A program made the position numbers and the translations under genes. 45,153 bases of DNA, from NCBI GenBank assembly GCA_028279595.1, contig JANQNK010000021.1, positions 1-45,153 of the forward strand. Direction: 5' to 3'. Below, in pieces: positions 1 through 10,298 of this stretch; the stretch's first letter is position 1, and the number at the start of each line of letters is the position of its first letter. This DNA is from Thermoplasmatota archaeon (GTDB lineage Archaea > Thermoplasmatota > JAKEGO01). The notes beneath the pieces were generated by a model. That model was not told the origin of the DNA. It saw nothing but the letters and a program-made list of their open reading frames with translations, and did not search any database.

Positions 1-894
1 CTGTATCTCGACGTCGTAGTGGCCGGTGTTGCAGACCACGGCGCCGTCCTTCATGTCGGCGAAATGTTCGCCGGTGATGATGTCCTTCATCCCGGTGGCA
101 GTGATGAATATGTCACCCACCTTGGCGGCCTTCTCCATTGGAGCCACGCGGAATCCCTCCATCACTGCCTGCAGGGCCCTGATGGGATCGACCTCGGTCA
201 CGACGACGGCCGCGCCCATTCCGCGCGCCCTCATCGCGAGTCCGCGTCCGCAGTGGCCGTATCCGGCCACGACGAACTTCTTTCCAGCCAGAAGGATGTT
301 CGTCGATCTGAGTATGCCGTCCAGGGATGACTGACCGGTGCCGTAGACGTTGTCGAAGTCCCACTTGGTCTCGGCGTTGTTGACGGCGATCACGGGGTAG
401 GACAGTCTGCCCTCGTCCGCCATCGCCTCGAGGCGGTGGATCCCCGTCGTGGTCTCCTCGGTCGCGCCGACGATCCCCTCGGACCTGTTGATCTCGTGGG
501 TCCTGACGATGAGGTCGGCGCCGTCATCGACGAGGAGCTGCGGGCCGGCGGCGAGTATCTGGTCGAGTGCCCAGTAGTATTCGTCGCGGTCCATCCCGTG
601 CCACGCGAAGACCGGTATCCCCTCTCGAACGAGGGCCGCGGCGACATCGTCCTGTGTGCTGAGCGGGTTGCATCCCGACCACACGACGTTCGCTCCGGCT
701 GCTATGAGGGTCTTCAGCAGCACTGCTGTCTCCTTGGTAACGTGCATGCTCCCGCCGACCGTCCATCCCTCGAACGGACGGGTCACCGAGTACATTTCCT
801 TGAGCTGCGCCATGACCGGCATTCGGGTCTCCGCCCACTCTATCTTGAGCGCTCCCGCGTCTGCCAATCCCGGGTCCTTGATCTTGAAATCCAT
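1..894 (-). CDS. ahcY: Adenosylhomocysteinase (SAH hydrolase), 3' end runs off the window
   Basis: Absent from the ORF track because there is no stop in the window. My translation from ATG 894: MDFKIKDPGLADAGALKIEWAETRMPV...HVTKETAVL...CNPLSTQDDVAAAL...DDGADL...EETTTGIHRL...KWDFDNVYGTGQS...VAGYGHCGRG, which are AhcY motifs. Confidence 0.96.
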   Translation of the reverse strand, partial: MDFKIKDPGLADAGALKIEWAETRMPVMAQLKEMYSVTRPFEGWTVGGSMHVTKETAVLLKTLIAAGANVVWSGCNPLSTQDDVAAALVREGIPVFAWHGMDRDEYYWALDQILAAGPQLLVDDGADLIVRTHEINRSEGIVGATEETTTGIHRLEAMADEGRLSYPVIAVNNAETKWDFDNVYGTGQSSLDGILRSTNILLAGKKFVVAGYGHCGRGLAMRARGMGAAVVVTEVDPIRALQAVMEGFRVAPMEKAAKVGDIFITATGMKDIITGEHFADMKDGAVVCNTGHYDVEIQ

Positions 895-919
895 GCCCAC
901 CACGAAATGTACTAAAGGG

Positions 920-990
920 GCTCTATTTAAACTTTATTGGGTTGCCACCGGATGTCCGTCCGGGATCGGCCGTTCCAGTTACCTTTAAGT
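920..990. promoter_or_regulatory. Divergent archaeal promoters (TATA boxes) for ahcY and the GxGYxYP-like gene
   Basis: TTTAAATA on the minus strand (931-924) about 30 nt before the ahcY ATG; TTTAAG on the plus strand (984-989) about 25 nt before ATG 1014. Confidence 0.6.
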
Positions 991-1013
991 GGTCCCGCCC
1001 GGATTTCACCGGG

Positions 1014-3905
1014 ATGCTGAGTCGGGCCCTGACCGTCGCTCTGGTTCTCGCATTCCTTTCGCCCCTACCGATGCTCCTGACCCCGGGACCCGGCGAGGTG
1101 GTCGTGTCCTCGAGCAGCATCGAGTGGCACGCGGACCTACTATCACCTTCGATGCCCGAGGATAACATCACGGTCGTGGACATCACGGGCCTGCCGGACG
1201 AGGAGCAGCTCACGTACATATCCCTCCAGGGACTCGTTAACAAACGGTCGGGGAGCGTCTACCTCATCCAGCTGGAGACCGATCCGTACTGGCTGGACGT
1301 GCTCAAGGACCAGCATGGGATCGGCGTGCGGCTGAGGGGACCCTTGGCCTTCGCCAACGAGCAGGACGACATCCCCCAGGGATTCGTGGTCGTCGACCCG
1401 GGGAGGGGTGACACCGTGAACGTTGCAACGACGATCGCGGGGGTGATGAACTACCTGATCGTCTACCCGTCCAAGATCGACAAGTTCAGGGAGATCTTCG
1501 GTCCACTGCCTGTGATCGACCTCGGAAGGTCGCCGTGGCGCGAACGGACGGGGATGTCCATCTACACCTATGCCCACGAGAGGTACTTCTCCCTCTGCAA
1601 CCAGAGGTTCATGGGCTTCTACCCGGACTGGATAGACTACGGCCGGGACCTTCTGATCGCCAATTCCGCCTTCGCCTTCTACGCCGTGCCCGGACCCTTC
1701 TCGGACCCTTTCGCCTGGGAGGAAATGAGGGGGCTCCTGCGGGCAACCCCGCACACCCATGCACTTGTCGGCTCGATCGAACCCTACATCGCAGCCGAGG
1801 AGGACTTCGCGGTGCGCGACTTCTCGCTCCACGGCAAGTACTTCGTCCCGTGCTCCCGCGTGCCGAACCTGTCGCTGCTGTCCACGTTCCCCCAGACCGA
1901 GGATGTCGACATGGGCGTTTCCCCGGCCGCGAACGTCACCCTCGAGAAGAAACACTACGTGACGGTCGGGGTGGAGGACGGCGACAACATCGCGTTCCTC
2001 CACGACAGGATGGCCAAGGCTTGGCTGTCCTCGGGCAGGGGCGACTATCCCCTGACCTGGTCGGTGCCGCCCTATCTCGATGAGTTCGCGCCGCCGTTCC
2101 TCGACTACTACTACTCGACGAGGAGCGAGAACGATTCGTTTATGATGTCGCCCTCCGGCGCGGGGCTGGTGTTCCCGGACTACCTTCCGGACAGTGCATA
2201 CTACTCGTACATGGAGATCACGGAGGCCGGCGTCGACTCCCTCAACTTCAGTTTCATCTGGGTACTGAACGGGTACAGGACCTACGAGGTCAAGTACACG
2301 GACGGGGTCCTGGCCGATTACGCCGAAATGGGCTTCCAGGGAATGGTCCTGGACTACGACGACATGCCGTGGCACGACCAGTACATCATAGCCGGGGACA
2401 GCGAGTCCAACGCGCCGGCGATCCGGTCGACGCAGCTCTGGCAGTCCGTCGACAACCTCAAGGCGAAGATGGACGTGACCCTCGACGCCTATCCCGAGAG
2501 GCCGCTCTTCACGTTCCTCGCCTACAACCCGTGGTCCGTGAGCCTCACGGAGCTCGGCGATGTCCTCGATGATATGGACGTCGAGATCGTGGACATGGCA
2601 ACGTTCTTCGAGCTCATACGCCTGGCGGCCTTCGAGGACGCCGAGAGGGCCATCGACGCCTTCGAGGGCGTCCCGACTTCGATCTTCTTCATGTCGCACC
2701 TGGACTCCGCCGAGGAGAGGCTCGAGAACGCCAGGGACAACGACGACCCGTACGGCGCCTGGAGGGCGAGGAAGACCGCCGAGGTCGGACTCGGTCTCTC
2801 GCTCGCGCTGTTCCTGATACTGATAACAGCGATCGTCTCGGCGGCGCTCGTGTTCCTCGTGATAAGGCCCGGGAAAGGACCGCCGGGAATGCCTGCGGTC
2901 TCGAGGGTACTGACCATGACGTTGCTGTTCACGGGCTTCGTGCTGATGTACTACAGGGTGCAGTTCTCCGAGACCGGCAATTACTTTCCGCTGACCGTGA
3001 CGATGATCGGCGTTCCGGTCATCGGGCGGGTCGTCATGCGGAAGAGGGATTCGTTCCTCGTCACCGGCCTTGGGCTGTACCTCGGCGGTGCGATGGCATG
3101 CTACCTCACATGGTGGGCCTTTCCGGTCTACGCTTTCGGGCTTTTCATGCTGCTGGACCGGACCGCGCGCGGCCACATGGACGAGATGGTCGTGGCGCTC
3201 TCGGTGGCACTTTCGATATCGATACTGGCTCCCCAGGAGATCCATTCGGCGGTGATGCTCGCGCTCCTCACTCCCCTGGTCCTCCATTTGAACGAAGAGA
3301 GGGTGGACGGCGACGTCTCCGGCAACACCTCGGTCTTCGCCCCTCTTCTCCTGCCCCTTGTGGCCATCGGAGCCCTGATGATGGACAGCAGGTACATGGT
3401 CCAGAGGTTCGATTACTTCCCGCTGGCGCTTGTGCCGGTCTCGGTGGCGGTCCCCCTGCTCGGACTCGCTATCGGGTGGCTGTTGATGGATACGGGCCTC
3501 AGGAGACGCGGGTTCTGCATCGGCATGGCGATGTTCCTCGGCGCTTGGGCCCTGGTCCCGTTCCTCGAGAACCTCACGGTGCTGTCCGTGCTCCTGCTGA
3601 TCCAGCAGACCGGTATGGTCATGATGGTCCTGGAGGCCGCCCGGCGCGGCAAGCGGACCTCGAACCCGATGTACCCCGCGCTTGGGGTCTCGTTCTTCGT
3701 CTTCTACAACATGGCCTTCTACACGACCCCCGTGATAATGGACGTCTACTTCCTGAACATGGGATACACGGTGAACTACGTCCTATACCACCACCCGCTC
3801 TTCTTCGTCCTGCTCGGACTGGTCTTCCTGCTCTGCAGGATCCTGGAGAGGTTCCTCTTCGCGAGGATAGTCGACGGGTTCAGGAGAATGGCCGTCAAGG
3901 GGTGA
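1014..3905 (+). CDS. GxGYxYP-family putative glycoside hydrolase/deacetylase-like domain fused to a multi-pass membrane domain
   Basis: N-terminal signal sequence; SLQGLVNK, NVATTIAG, EDGDN, PLTWSV and SPSGAGLVFP motifs resemble the GxGYxYP family; the last ~370 aa are mostly hydrophobic helices. Start moved to ATG 1014, downstream of a TATA box. Confidence 0.7.
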   Translation: MLSRALTVALVLAFLSPLPMLLTPGPGEVVVSSSSIEWHADLLSPSMPEDNITVVDITGLPDEEQLTYISLQGLVNKRSGSVYLIQLETDPYWLDVLKDQHGIGVRLRGPLAFANEQDDIPQGFVVVDPGRGDTVNVATTIAGVMNYLIVYPSKIDKFREIFGPLPVIDLGRSPWRERTGMSIYTYAHERYFSLCNQRFMGFYPDWIDYGRDLLIANSAFAFYAVPGPFSDPFAWEEMRGLLRATPHTHALVGSIEPYIAAEEDFAVRDFSLHGKYFVPCSRVPNLSLLSTFPQTEDVDMGVSPAANVTLEKKHYVTVGVEDGDNIAFLHDRMAKAWLSSGRGDYPLTWSVPPYLDEFAPPFLDYYYSTRSENDSFMMSPSGAGLVFPDYLPDSAYYSYMEITEAGVDSLNFSFIWVLNGYRTYEVKYTDGVLADYAEMGFQGMVLDYDDMPWHDQYIIAGDSESNAPAIRSTQLWQSVDNLKAKMDVTLDAYPERPLFTFLAYNPWSVSLTELGDVLDDMDVEIVDMATFFELIRLAAFEDAERAIDAFEGVPTSIFFMSHLDSAEERLENARDNDDPYGAWRARKTAEVGLGLSLALFLILITAIVSAALVFLVIRPGKGPPGMPAVSRVLTMTLLFTGFVLMYYRVQFSETGNYFPLTVTMIGVPVIGRVVMRKRDSFLVTGLGLYLGGAMACYLTWWAFPVYAFGLFMLLDRTARGHMDEMVVALSVALSISILAPQEIHSAVMLALLTPLVLHLNEERVDGDVSGNTSVFAPLLLPLVAIGALMMDSRYMVQRFDYFPLALVPVSVAVPLLGLAIGWLLMDTGLRRRGFCIGMAMFLGAWALVPFLENLTVLSVLLLIQQTGMVMMVLEAARRGKRTSNPMYPALGVSFFVFYNMAFYTTPVIMDVYFLNMGYTVNYVLYHHPLFFVLLGLVFLLCRILERFLFARIVDGFRRMAVKG

Positions 3906-5144
3906 TCAGTCACAGCTCGGACAGCCGGCCTTCGTTCTGAAGAGCTCGGCGGCCCTTCTGGTATCGTCATCCGGGCCAGTGAAACGTATCGTGGTAGAGT
4001 ACTTATCCAGGTCGGGGTAGGACCCTATCCTCACGGCCGGGAACTCCGCCGATATCCCCTCGAGCAATGGTGAGATGGCCGATTCGCTTCCCCGGTGGAC
4101 GACCTCCTCGATGTGTAAGGCCTCACCGACCGGCTCGAGGTGCGGTACGACGTGGCGGTCGACCATGTGTTCGAGCTCCCGAGGTACGCCGGGAAGAAGG
4201 AATATCGTCCTTCCCGCAACTTCGATGCGGCACCCTGGGCCGTATCCGACATCGTTTTCGAGGACGACCGAGCCGTCCGGGACCAGTGCCATCTTCCGTC
4301 TGCCCTCGTTCAACGAGGGATCGGAGACGATGCCGGCATCGTGACCCTCCTTGAGCCGCCTGGCTATCATCGCGATGGCATCGGGGTGTTCGACGACCTC
4401 CATTCCGAGATGGCCTGCCACGGCCATCGTGGTGATGTCGTCCGGGGTCGGCCCGAGACCTCCCGCTATGATGATGGTGTCGGATATCGACAGGCCGTCG
4501 AGCAGAGCGTCCCCTATCTCCTCGATGTCGTCGGGGACGGTGACCGTGCGGTCCAGCGGCGCGCCGATCCCAAAGAGTGCCTTGGCGATGAAGTTCGAAT
4601 TGGTGTCCGCCGTGTGTCCCTGGAGGACCTCGTCGGCGACTATGATGAGCGAGACCGATGGTGGTGTCTCAACCTCGATCCCGAGATGGTCCATGACCAT
4701 GGTCAGGGCTATCTCGACCAGCTGCTCCCGGACCCAGGCCCTCGAGCCGCGAAGCTCGAGCCGGGCGACGTAGGCGCCGTCGTCGGACGCGATACCAACG
4801 TACGAGAGGCCGACGGGCTTCTCCTCGGTGGCCCCTCCCGGGCCGGCGATGCACGTCACCGAGAGGCCGATGTCGGCCCCGAAGGCCCTGCGGGCACCGA
4901 TGGCCATCTCGCCCGCGGTCTCTCCACTGACAGCCCCGTGGTCGACCAACGTCCTCTCCGGGACGCCCAGCAATGCTGTCTTCGATCCGTTCGAGTATGC
5001 TACGACGGCGCCGAGAAGGACGGCTGACGAGCCCGGCACATCCGTCAATCTTGAGGATATGAGGCCGCCGGTGCAGGATTCGGCTATCCCTATGGTCAGG
5101 CCCGACTCGGCCATTCCACTCACGACCGCCTCCTCGTACGACAT
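3906..5144 (-). CDS. cinA: CinA-like bifunctional protein: N-terminal PncC NMN deamidase plus C-terminal COG1058 (MocF-like) domain
   Basis: AESCTGG, PGSS, HGAVS and AGPGG-KPVG (PncC) in the first half; DEVLQG-DTNS, GGLGPTPDDIT and LPGVPRE (COG1058) in the second half. Confidence 0.88.
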   Translation of the reverse strand: MSYEEAVVSGMAESGLTIGIAESCTGGLISSRLTDVPGSSAVLLGAVVAYSNGSKTALLGVPERTLVDHGAVSGETAGEMAIGARRAFGADIGLSVTCIAGPGGATEEKPVGLSYVGIASDDGAYVARLELRGSRAWVREQLVEIALTMVMDHLGIEVETPPSVSLIIVADEVLQGHTADTNSNFIAKALFGIGAPLDRTVTVPDDIEEIGDALLDGLSISDTIIIAGGLGPTPDDITTMAVAGHLGMEVVEHPDAIAMIARRLKEGHDAGIVSDPSLNEGRRKMALVPDGSVVLENDVGYGPGCRIEVAGRTIFLLPGVPRELEHMVDRHVVPHLEPVGEALHIEEVVHRGSESAISPLLEGISAEFPAVRIGSYPDLDKYSTTIRFTGPDDDTRRAAELFRTKAGCPSCD

Positions 5145-5252
5145 GGCCCGAAATCCCGTGCAGGGCATAAGAATATTCGGTTTTGCACACCGGACCTACA
5201 ACTTTTAAATAGGTTAACCGTTATCGAATCAACCCTTCTGGGAGTAAATGGC

Positions 5253-5822
5253 ATGTACCGTATGGTTGAAAGGGAAGGGGTCATCCGGATACCCCCCGAG
5301 ATGCTCGGTGAGCAACTAAAGGACGCTACGAGCTTCCTGGCCGAAGGTAATTTCGAGGGCAGGATGACCGATGAGAAGGAACTGATCCTGCTGATAACCG
5401 ACCTCGAACCCCTCGGGGACGGGCATATAATCCACGGGGACGGCGGCGTCTATCAGAGGGTGAAGTACACCGCGCTCGTGTTCAGGCCCGAACTCCACGA
5501 GGTCATCGACGGAGCGGTGGTCGAGGTCCTGAAGTACGGAGCCTTCGTACGTATCGGGCCTCTCGACGGTCTTCTACACATCAGTCAGATCATGGACGAC
5601 CACATCGACATCGATGTCGGCAACGAGCGCCTCACCGGTCGGGAGACCAAGAGGGACCTGAGGGTCAACGACCACGTCAGGGCGAGGCTCGTGGCCGTGA
5701 ACCTCAACGAGAAGAACCCCAGGGAGAGCAAGATCGGCCTCACGATGCGTCAGGCGAGCCTCGGAAAGATGGATTGGCTCGAGGCCGAGAGGAAACAGCC
5801 CGCAGGAGGCGAGGTGGAATGA
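5253..5822 (+). CDS. rpo7: DNA-directed RNA polymerase subunit Rpo7 (E')
   Basis: VIRIPP, GHIIHGDG, S1 domain YGAFVRIGPLDGLLHISQIMDD, and KIGLTMRQ-LGK-W. Confidence 0.96.
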   Translation: MYRMVEREGVIRIPPEMLGEQLKDATSFLAEGNFEGRMTDEKELILLITDLEPLGDGHIIHGDGGVYQRVKYTALVFRPELHEVIDGAVVEVLKYGAFVRIGPLDGLLHISQIMDDHIDIDVGNERLTGRETKRDLRVNDHVRARLVAVNLNEKNPRESKIGLTMRQASLGKMDWLEAERKQPAGGEVE

Positions 5823-5995
5823 ACGCCTGCACCAAGTGTCACTTCCTGACGGAGGAGAAGGTATGCCCGAAGTGCTCCGGAGAGACCTCCAAGGAGTGGC
5901 AGGGCTACTGCATCGTCACCGATCACACGAAATCGCTGTTCGCGCGGAAGATGGGGATCACCGCGAACGGACGATACGCCCTCAGGGTCCGCTGA
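5819..5995 (+). CDS. spt4: Transcription elongation factor Spt4 (RpoE'')
   Basis: MNACTKCH...CPKC...WQG...GRYALRVR zinc ribbon; ATGA overlap with the rpo7 stop, the canonical gene order. Confidence 0.93.
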   Translation: MNACTKCHFLTEEKVCPKCSGETSKEWQGYCIVTDHTKSLFARKMGITANGRYALRVR

Positions 5996-6059
5996 TCGGC
6001 AGAGCACTCTCTAGACGATATGCATAATGCTTCTGAGGTAGCGTTGGCTCTTTCCACTA

Positions 6060-6567
6060 TCACCGTCGGCGTCGGTCGTCCTCGTATCCCCTCGGCGGGG
6101 GATAGTCCGGGCGTCTATCGTAATCGCGCGGTGGTGCATAGTCCCTGTCGCGCTCGCGGGGCGGCGGGTAATCCCTGTCGTAGTCCCGCGGGGGCGGTCC
6201 ATCGCGATAAGGTCCGGGACCGTATCCACCGTACATCTCTGGCGGCCGGACCATAAGCCAGATAACGATGACTATCACCGTGCCGATGATGCTGAGGAGA
6301 AGCGTTCCAAGGAGCAGGATGACGACCCACAGTGCTCCGCTCTTCCCTCTCTTCTCGGCGTCCTTATAGATCCAGACGGCGATGAATATCGCTATCACGA
6401 GGAAGAGGAAACAGATACGTCAAGCAGACGGCCCCGAACAGGGCAAAACCTCCAGCCTCGAGCTCATCGTCGTCGTCGGCAGCGGCCGCTTGCGGCAAGA
6501 GGGCGACTGCCATTATCAACAGAAGGGCAAGAACCAATCCTATCCTATGTAGCACATTTCGATCCAT
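6060..6567 (-). pseudogene. Membrane protein with Pro/Arg/Asp/Tyr-rich tail, apparently frameshifted
   Basis: ORF 6364-6567 (signal peptide, start of a TM helix) and ORF 6060-6398 (TM helices, WIYKDAEKRG, PPPRDYDR repeats) join into one frame if one base is removed from the T run at 6409-6411. Confidence 0.65.
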
Positions 6568-6683
6568 ACGATCCCACGAAATGACATCGCGACCGAGGTA
6601 TATACGTGTTACTGAGGGAGTGGTCTGTGTACCATTTGCTCATCGAGCGGTCCGGGATGGGCTCGCCATCCCCTGTGGGCCGA

Positions 6684-8294
6684 TCACATCCTGAAGACGC
6701 CGTACTTCGTGTCGGGGAAGGGTGCATTTAGGCTGGCGGATATCGCCAGTCCGAGGACCTCCCTTGTCTCGGCCGGATCGATGATGCCGTCGTCCCATAT
6801 CCTGGCCGTACTGTGGTACGGGTGCCCCTTCTCCTCGTAGACGGCCTTGATCGGCGCCTTGAACTCCTCCTTCTCCTCCTCGGACATGGCCTTGCCGCCC
6901 TTCCTCTGGAGCTGGTCCATCTTGACCGTCAGGAGGACGTTCGCGGCCTGGTCGCCGCCCATGACCGAGATCCGGGCGTTCGGCCACATCCAGAGGAACC
7001 TCGGGTCGTACGCCCTGCCGCACATGCCGTAGTTGCCGGCCCCGAAGGAGCCTCCGACGATGACGGTGAACTTGGGGACAGCGGCGTTGGAGACGGCCAT
7101 GACCATCTTGGCGCCGTCCTTCGCGATACCGCCGGCCTCGTACTGCTTCCCGACCATGAACCCGGTGATGTTCTGCAGGAACACGAGGGGTATCTTCCTC
7201 TGACCGCACATCTCTATGAAATGCGTGCCCTTGAGGGCGCTCTCCGAGAAGAGGACGCCGTTGTTGGCCAGTATCCCGACCGGGTATCCCATTATCCTGC
7301 CAAAACCCGTGACCAACGTCATGCCGTAGCGAGGTTTGAACTCGTGGAACTTGGAGCCGTCGACCACGCGGGCGATGACCTCCTTTATGTCGAAAGGGCG
7401 CCTCATGTCCGCGGGAATGATACCGTAGATCTCCTTCGGGTCGTAGAGGGGGTCTTCGGGCCGTTTTATGTCGATGAACGTCTTCGGCGGCCTGTTGAGG
7501 TTCTCGATTATGTTCCTCGTGATCCTGATGGCGTCAGGGTCGTCGGTCGCGAAGTGGTCGGACACGCCGGACTCCGCAGTGTGGACGTCGGCGCCGCCGA
7601 GCTCCTCGGCGGTCACGTCCTCCCCGGTCGCCGCCTTCACGAGGGGCGGTCCGCCGAGGAAGATGGTCCCGGTGCCCTTGACGATTGACGTCTCGTCCGA
7701 CATCGCGGGAACGTAGGCCCCGCCGGCCGTGCATGAACCCATGACAGCGGATATCTGCGGTATCCCGGCCGCGGACATCCTCGCCTGGTTGAAGAATATC
7801 TTTCCGAAGTGCTCCCTGTCCGGGAACACCTCGTCCTGGAGCGGTAGGAACGCACCGCCCGAATCGACCAGGTATACGCACGGGAGGTTGTTCTCCATGG
7901 CGATCTTCTGGGCGCGGACGTGCTTCTTGACGGTCATCGGGAAATAGGTGCCGCCCTTCACAGTGGCGTCGTTGGCGATGACCATGACCTCTCGGCCGTG
8001 GACCACGCCGATCCCGGTGACTATCCCTGCGGAGGGAGCCTTGTCGTTATACATGCCGTACGCTGCGAGGGTCGTCAGCTCGAGGAACGGGGACCCGGGG
8101 TCCAGCAGCGCCTCGATCCTCTCGCGGGGAAGCATCTTGTTCCTCGACTTGTGGAGCTCGATGACCTCCTCGCCACCGCCCATCATCGCCTGGGCCATCT
8201 TCTCCTTCAGGTCGTCCACGAGGAGCCTGTACTGCTCGTAGTTCTCCTTGTACTCCTCATCGTAGGTGTCTATCTTCGTTCCCAGGACCTCCAT
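6684..8294 (-). CDS. Acyl-CoA carboxylase carboxyltransferase subunit (3-methylcrotonyl-CoA carboxylase beta type)
   Basis: [66 protein letters not shown] and terminal GVFRM. Confidence 0.93.
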   Translation of the reverse strand: MEVLGTKIDTYDEEYKENYEQYRLLVDDLKEKMAQAMMGGGEEVIELHKSRNKMLPRERIEALLDPGSPFLELTTLAAYGMYNDKAPSAGIVTGIGVVHGREVMVIANDATVKGGTYFPMTVKKHVRAQKIAMENNLPCVYLVDSGGAFLPLQDEVFPDREHFGKIFFNQARMSAAGIPQISAVMGSCTAGGAYVPAMSDETSIVKGTGTIFLGGPPLVKAATGEDVTAEELGGADVHTAESGVSDHFATDDPDAIRITRNIIENLNRPPKTFIDIKRPEDPLYDPKEIYGIIPADMRRPFDIKEVIARVVDGSKFHEFKPRYGMTLVTGFGRIMGYPVGILANNGVLFSESALKGTHFIEMCGQRKIPLVFLQNITGFMVGKQYEAGGIAKDGAKMVMAVSNAAVPKFTVIVGGSFGAGNYGMCGRAYDPRFLWMWPNARISVMGGDQAANVLLTVKMDQLQRKGGKAMSEEEKEEFKAPIKAVYEEKGHPYHSTARIWDDGIIDPAETREVLGLAISASLNAPFPDTKYGVFRM

Positions 8295-8297
8295 CTC

Positions 8298-8789
8298 TCA
8301 TTCCTCCTGTTTCTCTACCCTTGCGACGATCGTTCCGCCGTCGACCATCTCTCCTTCCGTTACCTCGATGGAACCGACCGTGCCCTTGAAGGGGGCGCGG
8401 ATCTTGTGTTCCATCTTCATGGCCTCGATTATCATGATCGGTGTCTTCTCGTCGACCTCGTCGTCCTCCGAGGCCATTATCTGGATGACCCTTCCGGTGA
8501 GCGGTGCTTCGAGGTCTCCCGAGAGCTCCTTGTGCACCTCGGCCGCGCCGGGGGCAACCTTGTTGAGCTGGAAGACGTCGCCCTTGCAGAATACGTGCTT
8601 CGTCCTGTCGTCGCCGTCGACGATGACCTTGACATTGCGGCCCTCGATGCCGAGGACGTACATGCCCGTGCCGACCTCCCTGACGCTGACGGGGATGTCG
8701 ACGCCCTGGTAATGGACGGTCAATCCCTCGTCGGTCCTCGTGGTCGCGAGGTTGAAGACGTTCCCGCCGAACTCGAAGAGGTGCTCCAT
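8298..8789 (-). CDS. Biotin carboxyl carrier protein with N-terminal BT-like beta domain
   Basis: APLTG...IEAMKMEH biotinylation motif. Confidence 0.92.
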   Translation of the reverse strand: MEHLFEFGGNVFNLATTRTDEGLTVHYQGVDIPVSVREVGTGMYVLGIEGRNVKVIVDGDDRTKHVFCKGDVFQLNKVAPGAAEVHKELSGDLEAPLTGRVIQIMASEDDEVDEKTPIMIIEAMKMEHKIRAPFKGTVGSIEVTEGEMVDGGTIVARVEKQEE

Positions 8790-10295
8790 TCAGTCACCCC
8801 CCGACGAGCGCCACGATGTAAGCGTCTTCCACGGTGAGTAGGGGTCGGAGCCCATGCTCACCTCCCCCGTCGTCGCGGCCGGGGATATGAAGCCCCTCAT
8901 GTCATGGAGGGCGGCGGCGATGAGAGCCTCCATCGGCGGCTCTGCCTGCGGCTGCCAGTCCTCCATGTACTTCTCGATGAACCTGTTGGTGGTGTCGCCG
9001 TCCACGAAGGCCGGGTGTTCAAGGATGGCCTTCAAGAACGGGATGTTGGTCTTGATCCCGATGGCGACGTAGTTGTTCAGGGCCCAGCACATCTTCCTGA
9101 TGGCGTCGTCCCTGTCCTCGCCCGATACGATCAGCTTGGCTATCATCGGATCGTAGTAGCTCGACACCTCGGAACCGGTCTCGATCCCGGAGTCGTGCCT
9201 GACCCGGAGGCCGTCCGGGAGCTTGAGCATCTGTATCACACCGGACGACGGGATGAAGTCCTGTCCGGGGTCCTCTGCGTAGATGCGGCACTCGATGGCG
9301 TGACCCGTCTGCTTGACCGTTTCGGTATCTATCGTCAGCTTGTCCCCGGATGCTATCCTGAGCTGCCATTTCACGATGTCGATGCCGGTGACCTCCTCGG
9401 TGATGGCGTGCTCCACCTGAAGGCGGGTGTTCATCTCGAGGAAGTAGTACTCGCCGTCCTCCCACATGAACTCCACGGTCCCTGCGTTCCGGTAGCCGAC
9501 GGCCTCGGCGGCCTTGACGGCCGCATCGCCCATGGCGGCCCTGGTCTCGTCGGTGAGGACAACGGAGGGCGTCTCCTCGACTATCTTCTGGTGACGCCTC
9601 TGGATGGAGCACTCGCGTTCGAACAGGTGGATGGTCCTGCCGTGGTTGTCGGCGAGGACCTGGATCTCGATGTGCCTCGGGTTCTCGAGGTACCGTTCCA
9701 GGAAGAGGGTGCCGTCGCCGAAGGCGGACTCGGACTCCCTCCGGGCTCCCTCGAGCGCGTCGACGAGCTCGTCCTCGGTCCGGACGATGCGCATGCCCTT
9801 CCCGCCGCCCCCCGCGGACGCCTTGACCATCAGCGGATAGCCGACGTCCTCTGCGCGGGCCACCAGCTGGTCGACCTTCTGCTCCTTTCCATGATACCCG
9901 GGGATGACCGGTACGCCTGCCTTCTCCATTATCGTCTTGGCCTCGATCTTGGAGCCCATGGACTCGATGGCGTTGGACGGGGGCCCGATGAAGGTCATGC
10001 CCGCATCCTCGACGGCCTTGGCGAACGCAGCATTCTCTGAGACGAAGCCGTATCCAGGATGGATCGCCTGCGTGCCCGTCTCCTTGGCGATCCCCAGGAT
10101 CTTCTCGGTGTCGAGATAGCTCTCGAGCGGGGTCGTCCCTCCAAGTGAGTGGGCCTCGTCCGCCAGGAGGACGTGGGGCGCCTCGGCGTCGACGTCCGAA
10201 TGTATCGCTATGCTGTGGACCCCCAGCTCCTGGCAGGCCTTGATTATCCTGACGGCGATCTCTCCCCTGTTGGCTATGAGCACTCTCTCGAACAT
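8790..10295 (-). CDS. Biotin carboxylase subunit
   Basis: VLIANRGEIA, HPGYGF-SEN, KASAGGGGKGMR, ERECSIQRRHQK, EMNTRLQVEH and YDPMIAKL. Confidence 0.95.
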   Translation of the reverse strand: MFERVLIANRGEIAVRIIKACQELGVHSIAIHSDVDAEAPHVLLADEAHSLGGTTPLESYLDTEKILGIAKETGTQAIHPGYGFVSENAAFAKAVEDAGMTFIGPPSNAIESMGSKIEAKTIMEKAGVPVIPGYHGKEQKVDQLVARAEDVGYPLMVKASAGGGGKGMRIVRTEDELVDALEGARRESESAFGDGTLFLERYLENPRHIEIQVLADNHGRTIHLFERECSIQRRHQKIVEETPSVVLTDETRAAMGDAAVKAAEAVGYRNAGTVEFMWEDGEYYFLEMNTRLQVEHAITEEVTGIDIVKWQLRIASGDKLTIDTETVKQTGHAIECRIYAEDPGQDFIPSSGVIQMLKLPDGLRVRHDSGIETGSEVSSYYDPMIAKLIVSGEDRDDAIRKMCWALNNYVAIGIKTNIPFLKAILEHPAFVDGDTTNRFIEKYMEDWQPQAEPPMEALIAAALHDMRGFISPAATTGEVSMGSDPYSPWKTLTSWRSSGGD

Positions 10296-10298
10296 CTG

